A stretch of DNA of 64,000 nt from Myxococcales bacterium (GTDB lineage Bacteria; Myxococcota_A; UBA9160; SZUA-336). A model generated the notes under the pieces. The model saw only the letters and a list, made by a program, of their open reading frames with translations, searched no databases and was not told the origin of the DNA. Position numbers and translations under genes: made by a program. Where the stretch lies: positions 29,219 to 93,218 of the forward strand of contig JABSQV010000029.1 in assembly GCA_013215565.1 (NCBI GenBank). The letters run 5' to 3'. This document shows, piece after piece, positions 38,364 to 48,400 of this stretch (the first letter of the stretch is position 1; every line of letters starts with the position of its first letter).

Positions 38364-39536
38364 ATGTCGCAGGCGCTCCAGACTCCGACCGACGCGGCGG
38401 CGATCCTGGCCAACGCCCGAAGCATCGCGCCCGGAATCCGCGCCCGCGCGGACGCGATCGAGGCCGCCCGGCAGATCCCGGACGACGTCTACCGGGAGCT
38501 GGTCCGCGCTGGGGTGGTGCGCATGGCGATGCCGCGCCGCTGGGGCGGCCCGGAACTCGCGCCGCTCGAGCAGATCGAAGTGATCGAGGTGTTGTCTCAC
38601 GCCGACGCTTCCACGGGCTGGTGCTCGAGCATCCTCTCGGACTGCGGCTTCTACGCGGCTTTTCTCGAGGAGAGCGTGGCCCGCAAGCTGTTCGTGACGC
38701 TCGACGAAGCCTGCGCCGGGATGCTGCTTCCGGTCGGAAGGGCCGAACTGGTGGAGGGCGGCTTCCGGGCCAGCGGCCACTGGCGCTTCGGGAGCGGCTG
38801 TCGGAATGCCTCGTTCATCACCGGGGGCTGCCAGCTCTGCGTGGACGGCGTGCCGCAGTTCCGGAGCGACGGCGGCCCCGACTGGCGCGTGCTGATCTTC
38901 TCGCCCGCAGACGTCGAGATTCTCGACACCTGGCAGGTCACCGGGCTCGCCGGGACCGGGAGCCACGACTACCGCGTGCGCGAGCTGTTCGTTCCGCACG
39001 AGCACAGCTTCGACCTCGCGGAACTCCCGGCCAGGCCGGAGGCGCTCTACGGCTATCACGGGCTCTTCTTTGCGAACGTACCGGGCGTTCCGCTCGGGCT
39101 CGCGCGCCGCGCGCTCGACGAGTTGCGCGTGCTCGTCGAGACCAAGCCGATCGGCCCGGAACGGGGCCCGATCCGGACCCTGGCTTCGGTCCAGGGCGCG
39201 ATCGCCGAGGCGGAAGGAATCCTGGGATCCGCGCGCAGCTATTGTTTCGAGGTCATGGGCGAACTCTGGCAGGAACTCCAGGCGGGGCGTGTGCTGTCGC
39301 TCGAGCAGCGAGCAAAGCTCGCGCTCATGATCCTGCACTGCTCGCGCTCGGCGGAGCGCGTGGTCCGCCAGGTCTGCGAGGTCGCGGGCAGCTCGGCCCT
39401 CTACCGCAGTTCGCCGCTCGAGCGCTTGCGCCGGGACATGCTCGCGGTGGCGTCGCACCTCGTACACCAGCCGCGGAGCTACGGCGCGATCGGCCGGACC
39501 CTGCTCGGCCTGGATCCGGGCGGCACCTACTTCTGA
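38364..39536 (+). CDS. Flavin-dependent monooxygenase of the acyl-CoA dehydrogenase fold (HsaA/HpaB-like)
   Basis: GGAGG RBS; ADASTGW, SGHWRFGSG, DTWQVTGLAGTGSHD, LERLRRDM...H. Confidence 0.85.
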   Translation: MSQALQTPTDAAAILANARSIAPGIRARADAIEAARQIPDDVYRELVRAGVVRMAMPRRWGGPELAPLEQIEVIEVLSHADASTGWCSSILSDCGFYAAFLEESVARKLFVTLDEACAGMLLPVGRAELVEGGFRASGHWRFGSGCRNASFITGGCQLCVDGVPQFRSDGGPDWRVLIFSPADVEILDTWQVTGLAGTGSHDYRVRELFVPHEHSFDLAELPARPEALYGYHGLFFANVPGVPLGLARRALDELRVLVETKPIGPERGPIRTLASVQGAIAEAEGILGSARSYCFEVMGELWQELQAGRVLSLEQRAKLALMILHCSRSAERVVRQVCEVAGSSALYRSSPLERLRRDMLAVASHLVHQPRSYGAIGRTLLGLDPGGTYF

Positions 39537-39555
39537 GGGCGCGGGGCTCGCGACG

Positions 39556-40374
39556 CTAGAAGGGCCGGTCACCCGCGATAGTCACGCGGTAGCCGTGCCT
39601 CACCTGCGGGTAGTAGTCGAACGTGGCGTGGTGCTGGGCGCAGCGGTTGTCCCAGAACGCGATCGAGTTCGGCTGCCAGCTGAAGCGGCAGTGGAAGTCC
39701 GGATGCTGGATGTGGTGGTACAGGAACGCCAGGGTCGCCCGACTCTCGGCCGGGCGCATGCCGCGGATCCGGGTCGTGAAGCCCGAGTTCACATAGAGGG
39801 CCTTGCGGCCGGTTTCGGGATGCGTGCGAATGACCGGGTGTTCGTTCTTGCGGAACTCGCGACCCTCCATGGCGCCGTAGCCCGGCCTGCCGTGCACGTG
39901 TTCGTTCTCGTGGACCGCGCTCAGGCTCGACAGGAACCCCTGCCAGTGATCCGAGAGTGCCTCGTAGGCCGCGTACATGCTCGCGAACAGCGTGTCTCCG
40001 CCCGACACCGGCACCTGTTCCAGCCGCAGGATGCTGCCCGAGGGCGGTTCCGCCTCACAGCTCACGTCCGTGTGCCAGCCGTATCCGGCGGCCCGCTTCG
40101 AGTTCTCGTCGGTGCGGATGAGCAGGACTTCGGGGTGTCCTTCGAGGGACGGCACCGAGGGGTGAACGTGCAGTTCGCCAAACAGCCGGCCGAAGGCCTT
40201 GTGCTGCTCGAGGGTGAGTACCTGGTCCCGGAAGAACAGCACCAGGTGCTCGAGCCAGGCGGCGTGCACGCTTTTGAAAGTCTCGGGGCTGAGTGGCACT
40301 GAGAGATCCAGGCCCGTCAGCTCCGCACCGATCACGGGGTTGAGCGGTGAAATCGAGAGCTCGGGTTCCGTCAT
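39556..40374 (-). CDS. TauD-family Fe(II)/2-oxoglutarate dioxygenase
   Basis: WHTDVS, GGDTLFASM, HPVIRTHPETGRKALYVN, WDNRCAQH. Confidence 0.92.
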   Translation of the reverse strand: MTEPELSISPLNPVIGAELTGLDLSVPLSPETFKSVHAAWLEHLVLFFRDQVLTLEQHKAFGRLFGELHVHPSVPSLEGHPEVLLIRTDENSKRAAGYGWHTDVSCEAEPPSGSILRLEQVPVSGGDTLFASMYAAYEALSDHWQGFLSSLSAVHENEHVHGRPGYGAMEGREFRKNEHPVIRTHPETGRKALYVNSGFTTRIRGMRPAESRATLAFLYHHIQHPDFHCRFSWQPNSIAFWDNRCAQHHATFDYYPQVRHGYRVTIAGDRPF

Positions 40375-40422
40375 CGCCTGGGACTCCCCGCGGCCCGGAC
40401 CTCGCGGCCCGGGATCGCCCGC

Positions 40423-41277
40423 CTACTGCTTCGCGATCACCTCGCTGCCGAGCTTGTCCAGCGCCTCGACCGGGTTGCCTCCCAGGGCCGGTACCGGAAT
40501 CACCAGCCGGTCTACCCCGATGTCGGCGTAGCCCGGCAGTGAGTCCACGCCCTCGGCGAGACCCATCCACATCGCCGTGACCTCGATCTCGTCGGGGTCG
40601 CGCCCCTCTTCCCTGCAGGCGTCGGCGAGCTGGCCGAGCAGCGGCTTCAGTTGATCGACGCCGGCCCCGGGCGCGAAGTAGCCGTCGCCGTAACGGGCCG
40701 CGCGCTGGAAGGCCTTGCCCTTGGAGCCCCCGATCACCACCGGAAGGTTCGTCGGAATCGGGTAGCTCTTGAATCCCTGCCAGTTCAAGAACTCGCTCTG
40801 ATGGCTGAATTCGGCGCCTCCCCAGAGCTTGCGCATCGCTTGAATGTAGTCGTCGAAACGCGCGCCACGGCGCTCGAAGGAGACCCCCATCGCGTCGAAC
40901 TCCTCGCGCAGCCAGCCGATCCCGAGCCCGAGCATGAAGCGCCCGTTCGAGACGAAGTCCAGGCTCGCCGCCTGCTTGGCGAGCAGCAGCGGATTGACCT
41001 GGGGCAGGATGTTGACGCCGGTTCCGAGGCGCACGCGCTCGGTGTGGGCCGCGACGACGCTGAGCGCGATCAGCGGGTCGACGAAATTGGTGTCCGGCGT
41101 AGTGCCCATCTTGCCGCTCGGGCTGTAGGGATAGCGCGACTCGTAGGTCTCGGGGACGAGCACGTGCTCGAAGGTCCAGAGTGACTCGACGCCGACCTGT
41201 TCCGCCTTCCGGGCCAGGCCCACGATGTTCTCGACACTGTTCACGCCAACGTTGACGGGAATGATTCCGATTTTCAT
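40423..41277 (-). CDS. LLM-class (putative F420-dependent) oxidoreductase
   Basis: SLWTFEHVLVP..YPY...DPLIAL...LAKQAASLD..SNGRFMLGLGIGWLREEF...RAARYGDG. Confidence 0.88.
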   Translation of the reverse strand: MKIGIIPVNVGVNSVENIVGLARKAEQVGVESLWTFEHVLVPETYESRYPYSPSGKMGTTPDTNFVDPLIALSVVAAHTERVRLGTGVNILPQVNPLLLAKQAASLDFVSNGRFMLGLGIGWLREEFDAMGVSFERRGARFDDYIQAMRKLWGGAEFSHQSEFLNWQGFKSYPIPTNLPVVIGGSKGKAFQRAARYGDGYFAPGAGVDQLKPLLGQLADACREEGRDPDEIEVTAMWMGLAEGVDSLPGYADIGVDRLVIPVPALGGNPVEALDKLGSEVIAKQ

Positions 41278-41428
41278 CTGCGGCCTCCCTCGCTCAGCGC
41301 CCGCAGCCTACCCGATCCGGTCGCAGCGCGTACCTCGGCCGTGCGCTCGCCCGCAGCTCGGCGCCCGTAGCGCGCAGCCCCCGGCGTGGCTCGGTTTCCC
41401 GCCAGAATCAGACGGAGCGTGCGCCCGG

Positions 41429-42094
41429 CTAGGTGCTCGCGGCCGACGACCGGCTGGCGACCAGCATGCAGAGCATGCGCCAGAACGCGGTCGGTGTGGG
41501 TCGGAAGTTCAGCTGCAGCCAGCGGACCCGCCGAAAGTGGTGGGGCGGCAGCGTCCGTCCGAGTTCCTCGAGCAATTGCTGCGCCCCACGCCGGTCACCG
41601 GTCCGGTGAAGCAGCCGGGCCAGATCGAACGAGGGCTCGACCAGATTCGGGTCGAGCGTCCGCGCCGCGTTGAGCAGCCGGATTGCGGCGCCGCGGTCGG
41701 GCCGTCGGCGCAGCTTCGCGCGGCCTTCGAGCAGCGCCTGCAGCGCGTCGTTCGGGCGGCCCCGGGCGGCCTCGGATTGGGCAACCCCGAGCCAGAGTTC
41801 GGCCCTGCGCGGCAGGTAGTGAAGGGCTTCGCGGTACACCCCGATCGCCTGCTGATGCTGGTCCGAACGCGCGAACGCGCGCGCGACCTGCTCGAAGCTC
41901 TTGCGCGCCTGCTCGATTCTTCCGACCCGGGCAAGCAGCGGCGCGGCCTTGCGGTGGAGGTCCAGATTGCCGCTCTCCAGCGACAGCAGCTGTTCGTAGA
42001 GCTTGGCCGCCTTGCGCAGCCGCCCACGGCCGTGCGCGCGTCCGGCCTGCTCGATCAGCTTTGAGCGGTTGAAGCCTCTGTTGCGCCGAAGCAT
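41429..42094 (-). CDS. TPR-repeat protein
   Basis: Repeated helical pairs (AAKLYEQLL, AIGVYREAL, LNAARTLDP); GGAGG before ATG 42094. Confidence 0.7.
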   Translation of the reverse strand: MLRRNRGFNRSKLIEQAGRAHGRGRLRKAAKLYEQLLSLESGNLDLHRKAAPLLARVGRIEQARKSFEQVARAFARSDQHQQAIGVYREALHYLPRRAELWLGVAQSEAARGRPNDALQALLEGRAKLRRRPDRGAAIRLLNAARTLDPNLVEPSFDLARLLHRTGDRRGAQQLLEELGRTLPPHHFRRVRWLQLNFRPTPTAFWRMLCMLVASRSSAAST

Positions 42095-42144
42095 GCAGCC
42101 TCCCTGTCTGCGCTCCTGGCAAGCTTGAGCGCCGCAGGGTTCGG

Positions 42145-42172
42145 ATGTCGGCATGCGTCGCGCCTAGCTTGA
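42145..42172 (-). promoter_or_regulatory. sigma28-like promoter
   Basis: TCAAG-N15-GCCGACAT about 50 nt upstream of the TPR gene. Confidence 0.5.
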
Positions 42173-42301
42173 GCCGGGCCACCGAATACCGGCCCACCCG
42201 CAGGCGGGGTGCCTACCGGGGGAAACCGGAGGACATCAGAGGGTTAGAATGCGGGCCCGACGAAACCGGGGCCCGTCCCGGGCCCATCAGGAGGACCCCC
42301 G

Positions 42302-42958
42302 ATGAAGTTCTACAACGCACTCGGACCCAACCCGCGGCTGGTGCGCATGTTTATGGCTGAGAAAGGGATGGAGGTCCCGGATCCAATCGAGATCGACATC
42401 CTGGGCGGCGAGAACCGCCGGGCGCCCTACACCGATCTAAATCCCGGCGGGCAACTGCCGACGCTGCTGCTGGACGATGGGACCGCGCTCGCCGAGACCG
42501 TGGCGATCTGCGAGTACCTGGAAGAGATCCGGCCCGAGCCCCCGCTGATCGGCGCCACGCCCGAGCAGCGTGCCGTGACCCGCATGTGGACGCGCCGGAT
42601 CGAACTCAACATCACCGAGCCGCTCGCGAACGGCTTCCGCTATGCGGAAGGGCTCGCGATGTTCAAGGACCGCATGCGCGTGATTCCCGAGGCCGCCGAC
42701 GGTCTGAAAGCGATCGCGAGAGAGAAGCTCGAGTGGCTCGACGCGCAACTCAGCGACGGCCGGCCCTTCATCGCGGGCAAGCGCCTCAGCCTTGCCGACC
42801 TCGTGCTCTACGCGTTTCTGGACTTCGCCACCGGCGTGGGGCAGGCGCGCGATCCGGCCAACAAGCACGTGGCCGCCTGGTTCGAGCGCGTGAATTCGCG
42901 CCCGAGCGCCACGGCCAGCCTGCATCCGGCGGCCCAGGCGGGCGGGATGCGCGCCTGA
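42302..42958 (+). CDS. Glutathione S-transferase family protein
   Basis: AGGAGG RBS; GPNPRLVRMFMAEK, NPGGQLPTL..DDG..LAETVAICEYL, SLADL. Confidence 0.92.
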   Translation: MKFYNALGPNPRLVRMFMAEKGMEVPDPIEIDILGGENRRAPYTDLNPGGQLPTLLLDDGTALAETVAICEYLEEIRPEPPLIGATPEQRAVTRMWTRRIELNITEPLANGFRYAEGLAMFKDRMRVIPEAADGLKAIAREKLEWLDAQLSDGRPFIAGKRLSLADLVLYAFLDFATGVGQARDPANKHVAAWFERVNSRPSATASLHPAAQAGGMRA

Positions 42959-43108
42959 ACCCGGCTCCAGCGACGGAGCGTCCGCGCCGCGGCGATTGAC
43001 ATCGTCGCCAGCCGGGCTCAGGACGCGCCTGCGCGCGCCTCATCCGGCGGCGACTGCTGCTCCAACCCGGCGTTCGCGAGGGACTTCTGCGTCCTTTCGG
43101 CCCAGCAC

Positions 43109-43135
43109 TCAAGCTGGCGCGACAGCGACCGATCG
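43109..43135 (+). promoter_or_regulatory. sigma28-like promoter
   Basis: TCAAG-N14-ACCGATCG upstream of the membrane protein/vWA pair. Confidence 0.4.
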
Positions 43136-43215
43136 TAGTGCCCCGGGACGTCGTCCCGCGTCCACGCCGTTCCAGGGGGGACGGCAATGCGGCGACGCCC
43201 GACAAGGAGCACGTG

Positions 43216-44664
43216 ATGGAGACCGCCGGAACGACACTGTGGTGGCCGCAGACACCCCTCGCCCTTCTGGGCGTAGTGCTTGGAGCGATGGTGCTGATGT
43301 ACTGCGGCCGTCAGGCCGCGCACGGCGCAATCCGGGCGCTCACGAGCGCGCTGCGAGACCTATTCGAGCGATGCGGGGCTGCGCTGATGGGCGCGCAGGA
43401 GCGGCTGGTACAGCGCAACCAGGAGGTGCTGCTCGAGTTCGGAAACCAGCAGACCGAGCGCCTGATCGAGCGCGAGTTTCACCGCGTGAACTCCGTGGTC
43501 TCGCGGGATCTCGCGGGCTATCCGAGTCTCAACCGCCGACTCGCGGACCAGATTCAGCGGATCGACGAGGACTACCGGGAGTCGACGGACGTTCCTCCGG
43601 CGCCGCCGGAATGGACGCGCGCGGTCGAGACGATCGCGAGCCTTCCCCAGAACGGCGACCCCGTCGTCGGACGCATCCTGGGGGACATCCACCGGACGCT
43701 CACCAGGGCCGAGAAGGGTGCCATCGATTCCTACCGGAAGGCGAGCGGCGAGCGGCACCTGTTGCTCAAGCGCATGCTCCCCTTCTGGCGCAGGCTGACC
43801 CAGATCCTGGAGCAGGTGGACGGGACCATCAGCGGCCTGGCCGAGCGGGCCCAGGTGATCGACCGGCACATGGACACCTACGAGCAGATCCGGGACAAGT
43901 CGGATCGCGCGCTTCGGGTGCTCTCGGCTTCGTCGATGACGCACTTCATCGCGTCGGGCCTCGTGCTCGTGATCGCGCTGCTTGGCGGGTTCATCAACTT
44001 CCACCTGATCGCCCTGCCCATGTCGGAAATGGTCGGTGCTACGAGTTACGTGGGCCCGGTGGCCACCTCGGACATCGCGGCGCTCGTGATCATCCTGACC
44101 GAGATCGCCATGGGCCTGTTCCTGATGGAGTCGCTCCGGATCACCCGGCTGTTTCCGACGATTCACATGATGGACGACCAGATGCGGCGGCGCATGATCT
44201 GGGTCTCGGGCGGGATTCTGTTCACGCTCGCCTCCGTCGAGGCTTCGCTCGCCTACATGCGCGACATCCTCGCGGCCGATCGTGAGGCGCTCACACAGTC
44301 GCTGGCCGGCGTGCAGGTCGCGCAGGCGACGCTGCGCTGGATTCCGTCGATCGGCCAGATGGTGATGGGATTCATGCTGCCCTTCGCGCTCGCGTTTGCG
44401 GCGATTCCGCTGGAGTCGTTCATCCACACCTCGCGCGTCGTCGTCGGAAACGTCGTGGCCTTCGGCATGCGCGTGGTCGGGACGAGTTTCGACTTGATCG
44501 GGAACTTCCTGGGCTCGGTGGGAAAGCTGCTCGTGCATTTGTACGACTTCATGATCGTGGTTCCGCTCTGGCTCGAGCAGAGCCTCGGACACCGCGGTGG
44601 GCGGAAGGCCGTCCCGGTGAAGAGCCAGTCCGGCGGGCCCAATAAGCAGCCGGCGGGGGGATAG
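43216..44664 (+). CDS. Uncharacterised membrane protein (N-terminal TM, long helical region, 4-5 C-terminal TMs)
   Basis: AAGGAG RBS; strong coding bias; hydropathy pattern. Confidence 0.8.
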   Translation: METAGTTLWWPQTPLALLGVVLGAMVLMYCGRQAAHGAIRALTSALRDLFERCGAALMGAQERLVQRNQEVLLEFGNQQTERLIEREFHRVNSVVSRDLAGYPSLNRRLADQIQRIDEDYRESTDVPPAPPEWTRAVETIASLPQNGDPVVGRILGDIHRTLTRAEKGAIDSYRKASGERHLLLKRMLPFWRRLTQILEQVDGTISGLAERAQVIDRHMDTYEQIRDKSDRALRVLSASSMTHFIASGLVLVIALLGGFINFHLIALPMSEMVGATSYVGPVATSDIAALVIILTEIAMGLFLMESLRITRLFPTIHMMDDQMRRRMIWVSGGILFTLASVEASLAYMRDILAADREALTQSLAGVQVAQATLRWIPSIGQMVMGFMLPFALAFAAIPLESFIHTSRVVVGNVVAFGMRVVGTSFDLIGNFLGSVGKLLVHLYDFMIVVPLWLEQSLGHRGGRKAVPVKSQSGGPNKQPAGG

Positions 44665-44668
44665 GGCC

Positions 44669-45349
44669 ATGAGACACGCCGAACCGGACAACCAGAGAAA
44701 CCTGCTTGCGCTGGCGGTGCTGGCCCTCGTGGTCGGCTGGGCCGCGCTGGGTTGCGGCGAGTCGCGCCCGCACACCCGGGCCGTCTATCTGCTGCTCGAT
44801 ACTTCGGGAACCTACTCGCAGGAGATCAAGAAGGCCCAGGGCATCGCCAACTACCTGCTCGGGACGCTCCACAGTGGCGACTCCCTCGGCCTGGCCCGCA
44901 TCGATAGCGCGAGCTTCAGCGAGAAGGACATCATCGCCAAGGTCACGTTCGACTCCCGGCCGTCCTACACCAACCAGCAGAAGCGTGCGTTCCGCAAGAA
45001 CCTCGACCGCTTCGTGGGTCGGGTCCGGGGCAGCACGCACACCGACATCACAGGCGGAATGCTGCAGGCCGCGGAGTGGCTGAGGGAGACCGGGGCCGGA
45101 TACCAGTACATCCTGATCTTCTCCGATCTCGAAGAGGATCTGCGGGCCGGGCACATCCGGGACTTCACGGTCGATCTCTCCGGGATCGGCGTGGTCGCCT
45201 TGAACGTGACGAAGCTCAGAAGCGACCAGATCGATCCGCGCGAGTACCTGAAGCGGCTCGATCACTGGGAGGGACGTGTGCAGGACGGCAGCGGCACCTG
45301 GAGCGTGATCAACGATCTCGACCGGCTCGACCACCTGCTCAGGAACTGA
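44669..45349 (+). CDS. vWA-domain lipoprotein
   Basis: Lipobox ALGC; MIDAS-like LLDTSGT...TDI...IFSD; starts 4 nt after the upstream stop. Confidence 0.82.
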   Translation: MRHAEPDNQRNLLALAVLALVVGWAALGCGESRPHTRAVYLLLDTSGTYSQEIKKAQGIANYLLGTLHSGDSLGLARIDSASFSEKDIIAKVTFDSRPSYTNQQKRAFRKNLDRFVGRVRGSTHTDITGGMLQAAEWLRETGAGYQYILIFSDLEEDLRAGHIRDFTVDLSGIGVVALNVTKLRSDQIDPREYLKRLDHWEGRVQDGSGTWSVINDLDRLDHLLRN

Positions 45350-45379
45350 GCCGCGACCGGGCCTCCGCCCGGGCATTCC

Positions 45380-45421
45380 AAAGCAAACCGCCCCCGGGAA
45401 CCGGCTGGTTCCCGGGGGCGG
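45380..45421 (-). terminator. Intrinsic terminator of the giant peroxidase gene (may also serve the convergent vWA gene)
   Basis: 15-bp perfect stem CCGCCCCCGGGAACC-GGCT-GGTTCCCGGGGGCGG followed by TTTGCTTT on the minus strand. Confidence 0.75.
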
Positions 45422-45493
45422 CGGATTCCCCCCCGGGGACCTGGGGGTCCCCGGGGCGGGCCAGAGCCGGGGGCTCTGGCTCTCAGTTTCTAT

Positions 45494-48400
45494 TTACTGA
45501 CAGGTGATGTGCACCTCCGCGCCGGGCTCGAAGCCGCGTCCACGACAGCGGTAACCGCCGTTGCGGCGCGTGGAGCAATTGAGATCGCTCGCACTGGCCT
45601 CGCCTGTACTACAGGTCCCGAAGAAGTGAATCCGTCCGCGGCTGTCCGCGGTGGCGGTTGCTTCAGTGTCGGTCGGAGCCGGCGCTGCCGCCGGAGTCTC
45701 AGCCGGAGTCTCAGCCGGGGTCTCCGTTGCGGCCGGAGCCGTGCTCGCCGCAGCTGCGGTGCCACCACTGCAGGTCACGTGGACCAGAGTGCGTGGCTCG
45801 AGGCCTCGGCCTCGGCAGCTGAAGGAGCCCCTGTCCGCCGTGTTGCAGCGCAGGCCGAGTGCCGAAGCCTCGGCGCCCGCGTCGCAGATCCCGCGGATGC
45901 GAAGGCGTCCGCGCAGATCCACGAAGCCGCTGCCTGCCGCCGTCTCGACCGTAACGACCGGATCGGCACTGCCGAGATCGATGTCGAAGCCGGTCACGTC
46001 CTGTGCGTCGTTCAGGCTGGAGTCTCCCACGAGAATCCGCGTCGCCACAGCCGCGTCGCCAACGAGGACGGTCACGATCGTGCTTCCGCTCACCAGCGGT
46101 GCCACGTCGGCACCCCGGATCGAGAACAGCACGTTGACCGCATCCTGCTCGGCCACTCCGCTCGGAAGCGCGGTGATCGGATCCAGGATCTCAATGGCCA
46201 CGATCTCGGCAGCGAACACGCCCGTCACCTGAGTGCCGGCCATGAATCCGACCGAGAAAGCGTCCACCGCGATCTCGTCACCAGGACAGACCTGGGGCAG
46301 CGGGCCGCAGCCCAGAGTCTCGCCCGCGGAGAATGCCGCGTCGAGCCCATTGACGCCTCCGAAGAGGTCGATGTCGACATTCGGGATGGTGACGTCGAAG
46401 CGAGCTAGACCGGGCCGCGAGACATTGAGCACGGTGATCGTGTCGCCGTCGATGTCGCCCGCGTCGCCGTTGAAGTTCGCCACCGGGACCAGTACGTCCA
46501 CGACCGGCGGTGCCGCTGCGATTGCATCGGCCACAGCGGCCTCCGCTGCAGCGACAACGGCCGCGGGAGCACCCGTAGCCTGAGCCACCACCAACGCTGC
46601 AGCCGCGTCGATCTCGGCCACCGTCAGCAGGATCGCCACGTCCTGAGCGTCGTTCACGCTCGAGTCACCGAAGAAGCCCACGCCGTCCGCGACCGGTACG
46701 CCGTCGAGGCTCACGACCGCACGCGTCAGTCCGGTCACCAGCGGTGCCACGTCGGCACCCCGGATCGAGAACAGCACGTTGACCGCGCCCTGGTCGACTT
46801 CGAGCGTCACGGGGTCCGTGATCGCCACGATCTCAGGTCCGAACACGCCGGTCACCTCGGTGGTGACGGAGTCCACGAACATGAGCGTGATGCGATCGAC
46901 CGCGATCTCGTCTTCTCCCAGGATCATCACACCGAAGCCGGTGTTCGTGAACAGGTCCAGATCCACGGCCGGGATGGTCACGTCGAAACGTGCCAGCCCG
47001 GGCCGGGATGCGTTCACGAAGTTGATCGGCGCGAGGTCTGCCGCGACACCATTGAAGTTGGCGTTCGGTACGAGCGCCAGCTCTGCTGCAAGTGCCGCCG
47101 CCGTGTTCGCCGCCGCCGCCGCGTCGTTCGCCGCCGTGAGCGCCGCCGTCGCGGCTGCGATTGCACCCGCGTCGCCGGTGGCCTGTGCGATGAACAGCGT
47201 AGCCGCTGCAGCGATCTGGTCGTCGCTCAGCATGATCAGCACGTCCTGTGCGTCGTTCACGCTCGAGTCCCCGAAGAAGGACTCGGACGCGACTTCCACA
47301 CCGTCCACGGTGAGCGATGCCCGCGTGAGGCCCCGGATCAGGGGTGCCACATCCGCGCCCCGGATCGAGAACAGCACGTTGACCGCGTCCTGGATCACCT
47401 CACCGGTCGGATTACCGGCCGCGTCCAGAACCTGGATCGCCACGATCTCCGAGGTAAAGACCCCGAGGATGGCCGGGCCATTTAGAGTGACGTTCGCGAA
47501 CGTCAGCAGGAAGCTGTCCACCGCGATTTCGTCCTCTGCCACGATCGTCTGGCCGAAGCCCGTGTTCGCGAACAGTGCCAGGGGCACATTCGGAATCGTC
47601 GCATCGATCCGAGCCAGGCCGAGCCGCGAGAGGCTCTCGAAGGTCACGGTGCCGCCGTCGATGTCGGCTGCCGTGCCAAGGAACATGGCCGTCGGGACCG
47701 GCTCGACGAAGGGTGCATTGTTCACGAGTGCGACCGTCACGCCCGTTGCTGAGCCGATGCTCGAGTCACCGAGGAAGAGTGCATTGGCCACCTCTTCGCC
47801 CGTCGAGTTCACCGTCACGCTGACCGTGGTCGGGCCACTCACGAGCGGTAGCACGTCGAAGTCTCGGATCGAGAACAACACGTCTACAATGGTCGCGTCG
47901 AGGAGCACCGGCGGGAAGACCAGTGCATCGCAGACCGCCACGATCTCGGGCGAGAAGGTTCCGGTCACGTTACCGGACGCGTTGTTGGTGAAGGTGACCG
48001 TGATGCCCGTCGTCGCGAGTTCCGCGCCGCAGCCGAAGCCGGCTGCAAAGGGCTCGTCGACGTTCTGACCCGCAACCTGCGGGAAGTCAGCGAGGAGCGC
48101 TGCTGGAATCACGATGTCGAAGCGCGGACCACCGGGAACCGAAGCGTTCTCGAAGGTCGTGCCTGCGCCATCCAGGTCTGCCGCGGTGCCAATGAAGTTG
48201 GCCAGTGGGAGTCCATCGGGGTTGGCGGCCACGGCCCCGTCGGCACCGACCACCGTGACGGGCGCGGAGCGCACCGTCTCGAGGACACCTGCCTCATCCT
48301 GGAAGGTCACCACGACGCGAACCCGGAGGCCGGCCTCTGCCACGGTGACGTCCATGCTCTGGCCGGTGACCCCGATCGGGTCGCCAGTACCGTTGATGCC

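Noticed and set aside
35609-39559. 1316-aa plus-strand ORF
   Set aside because: Arg/Gly/Pro-rich off-frame read across four real genes; a high-GC artefact.
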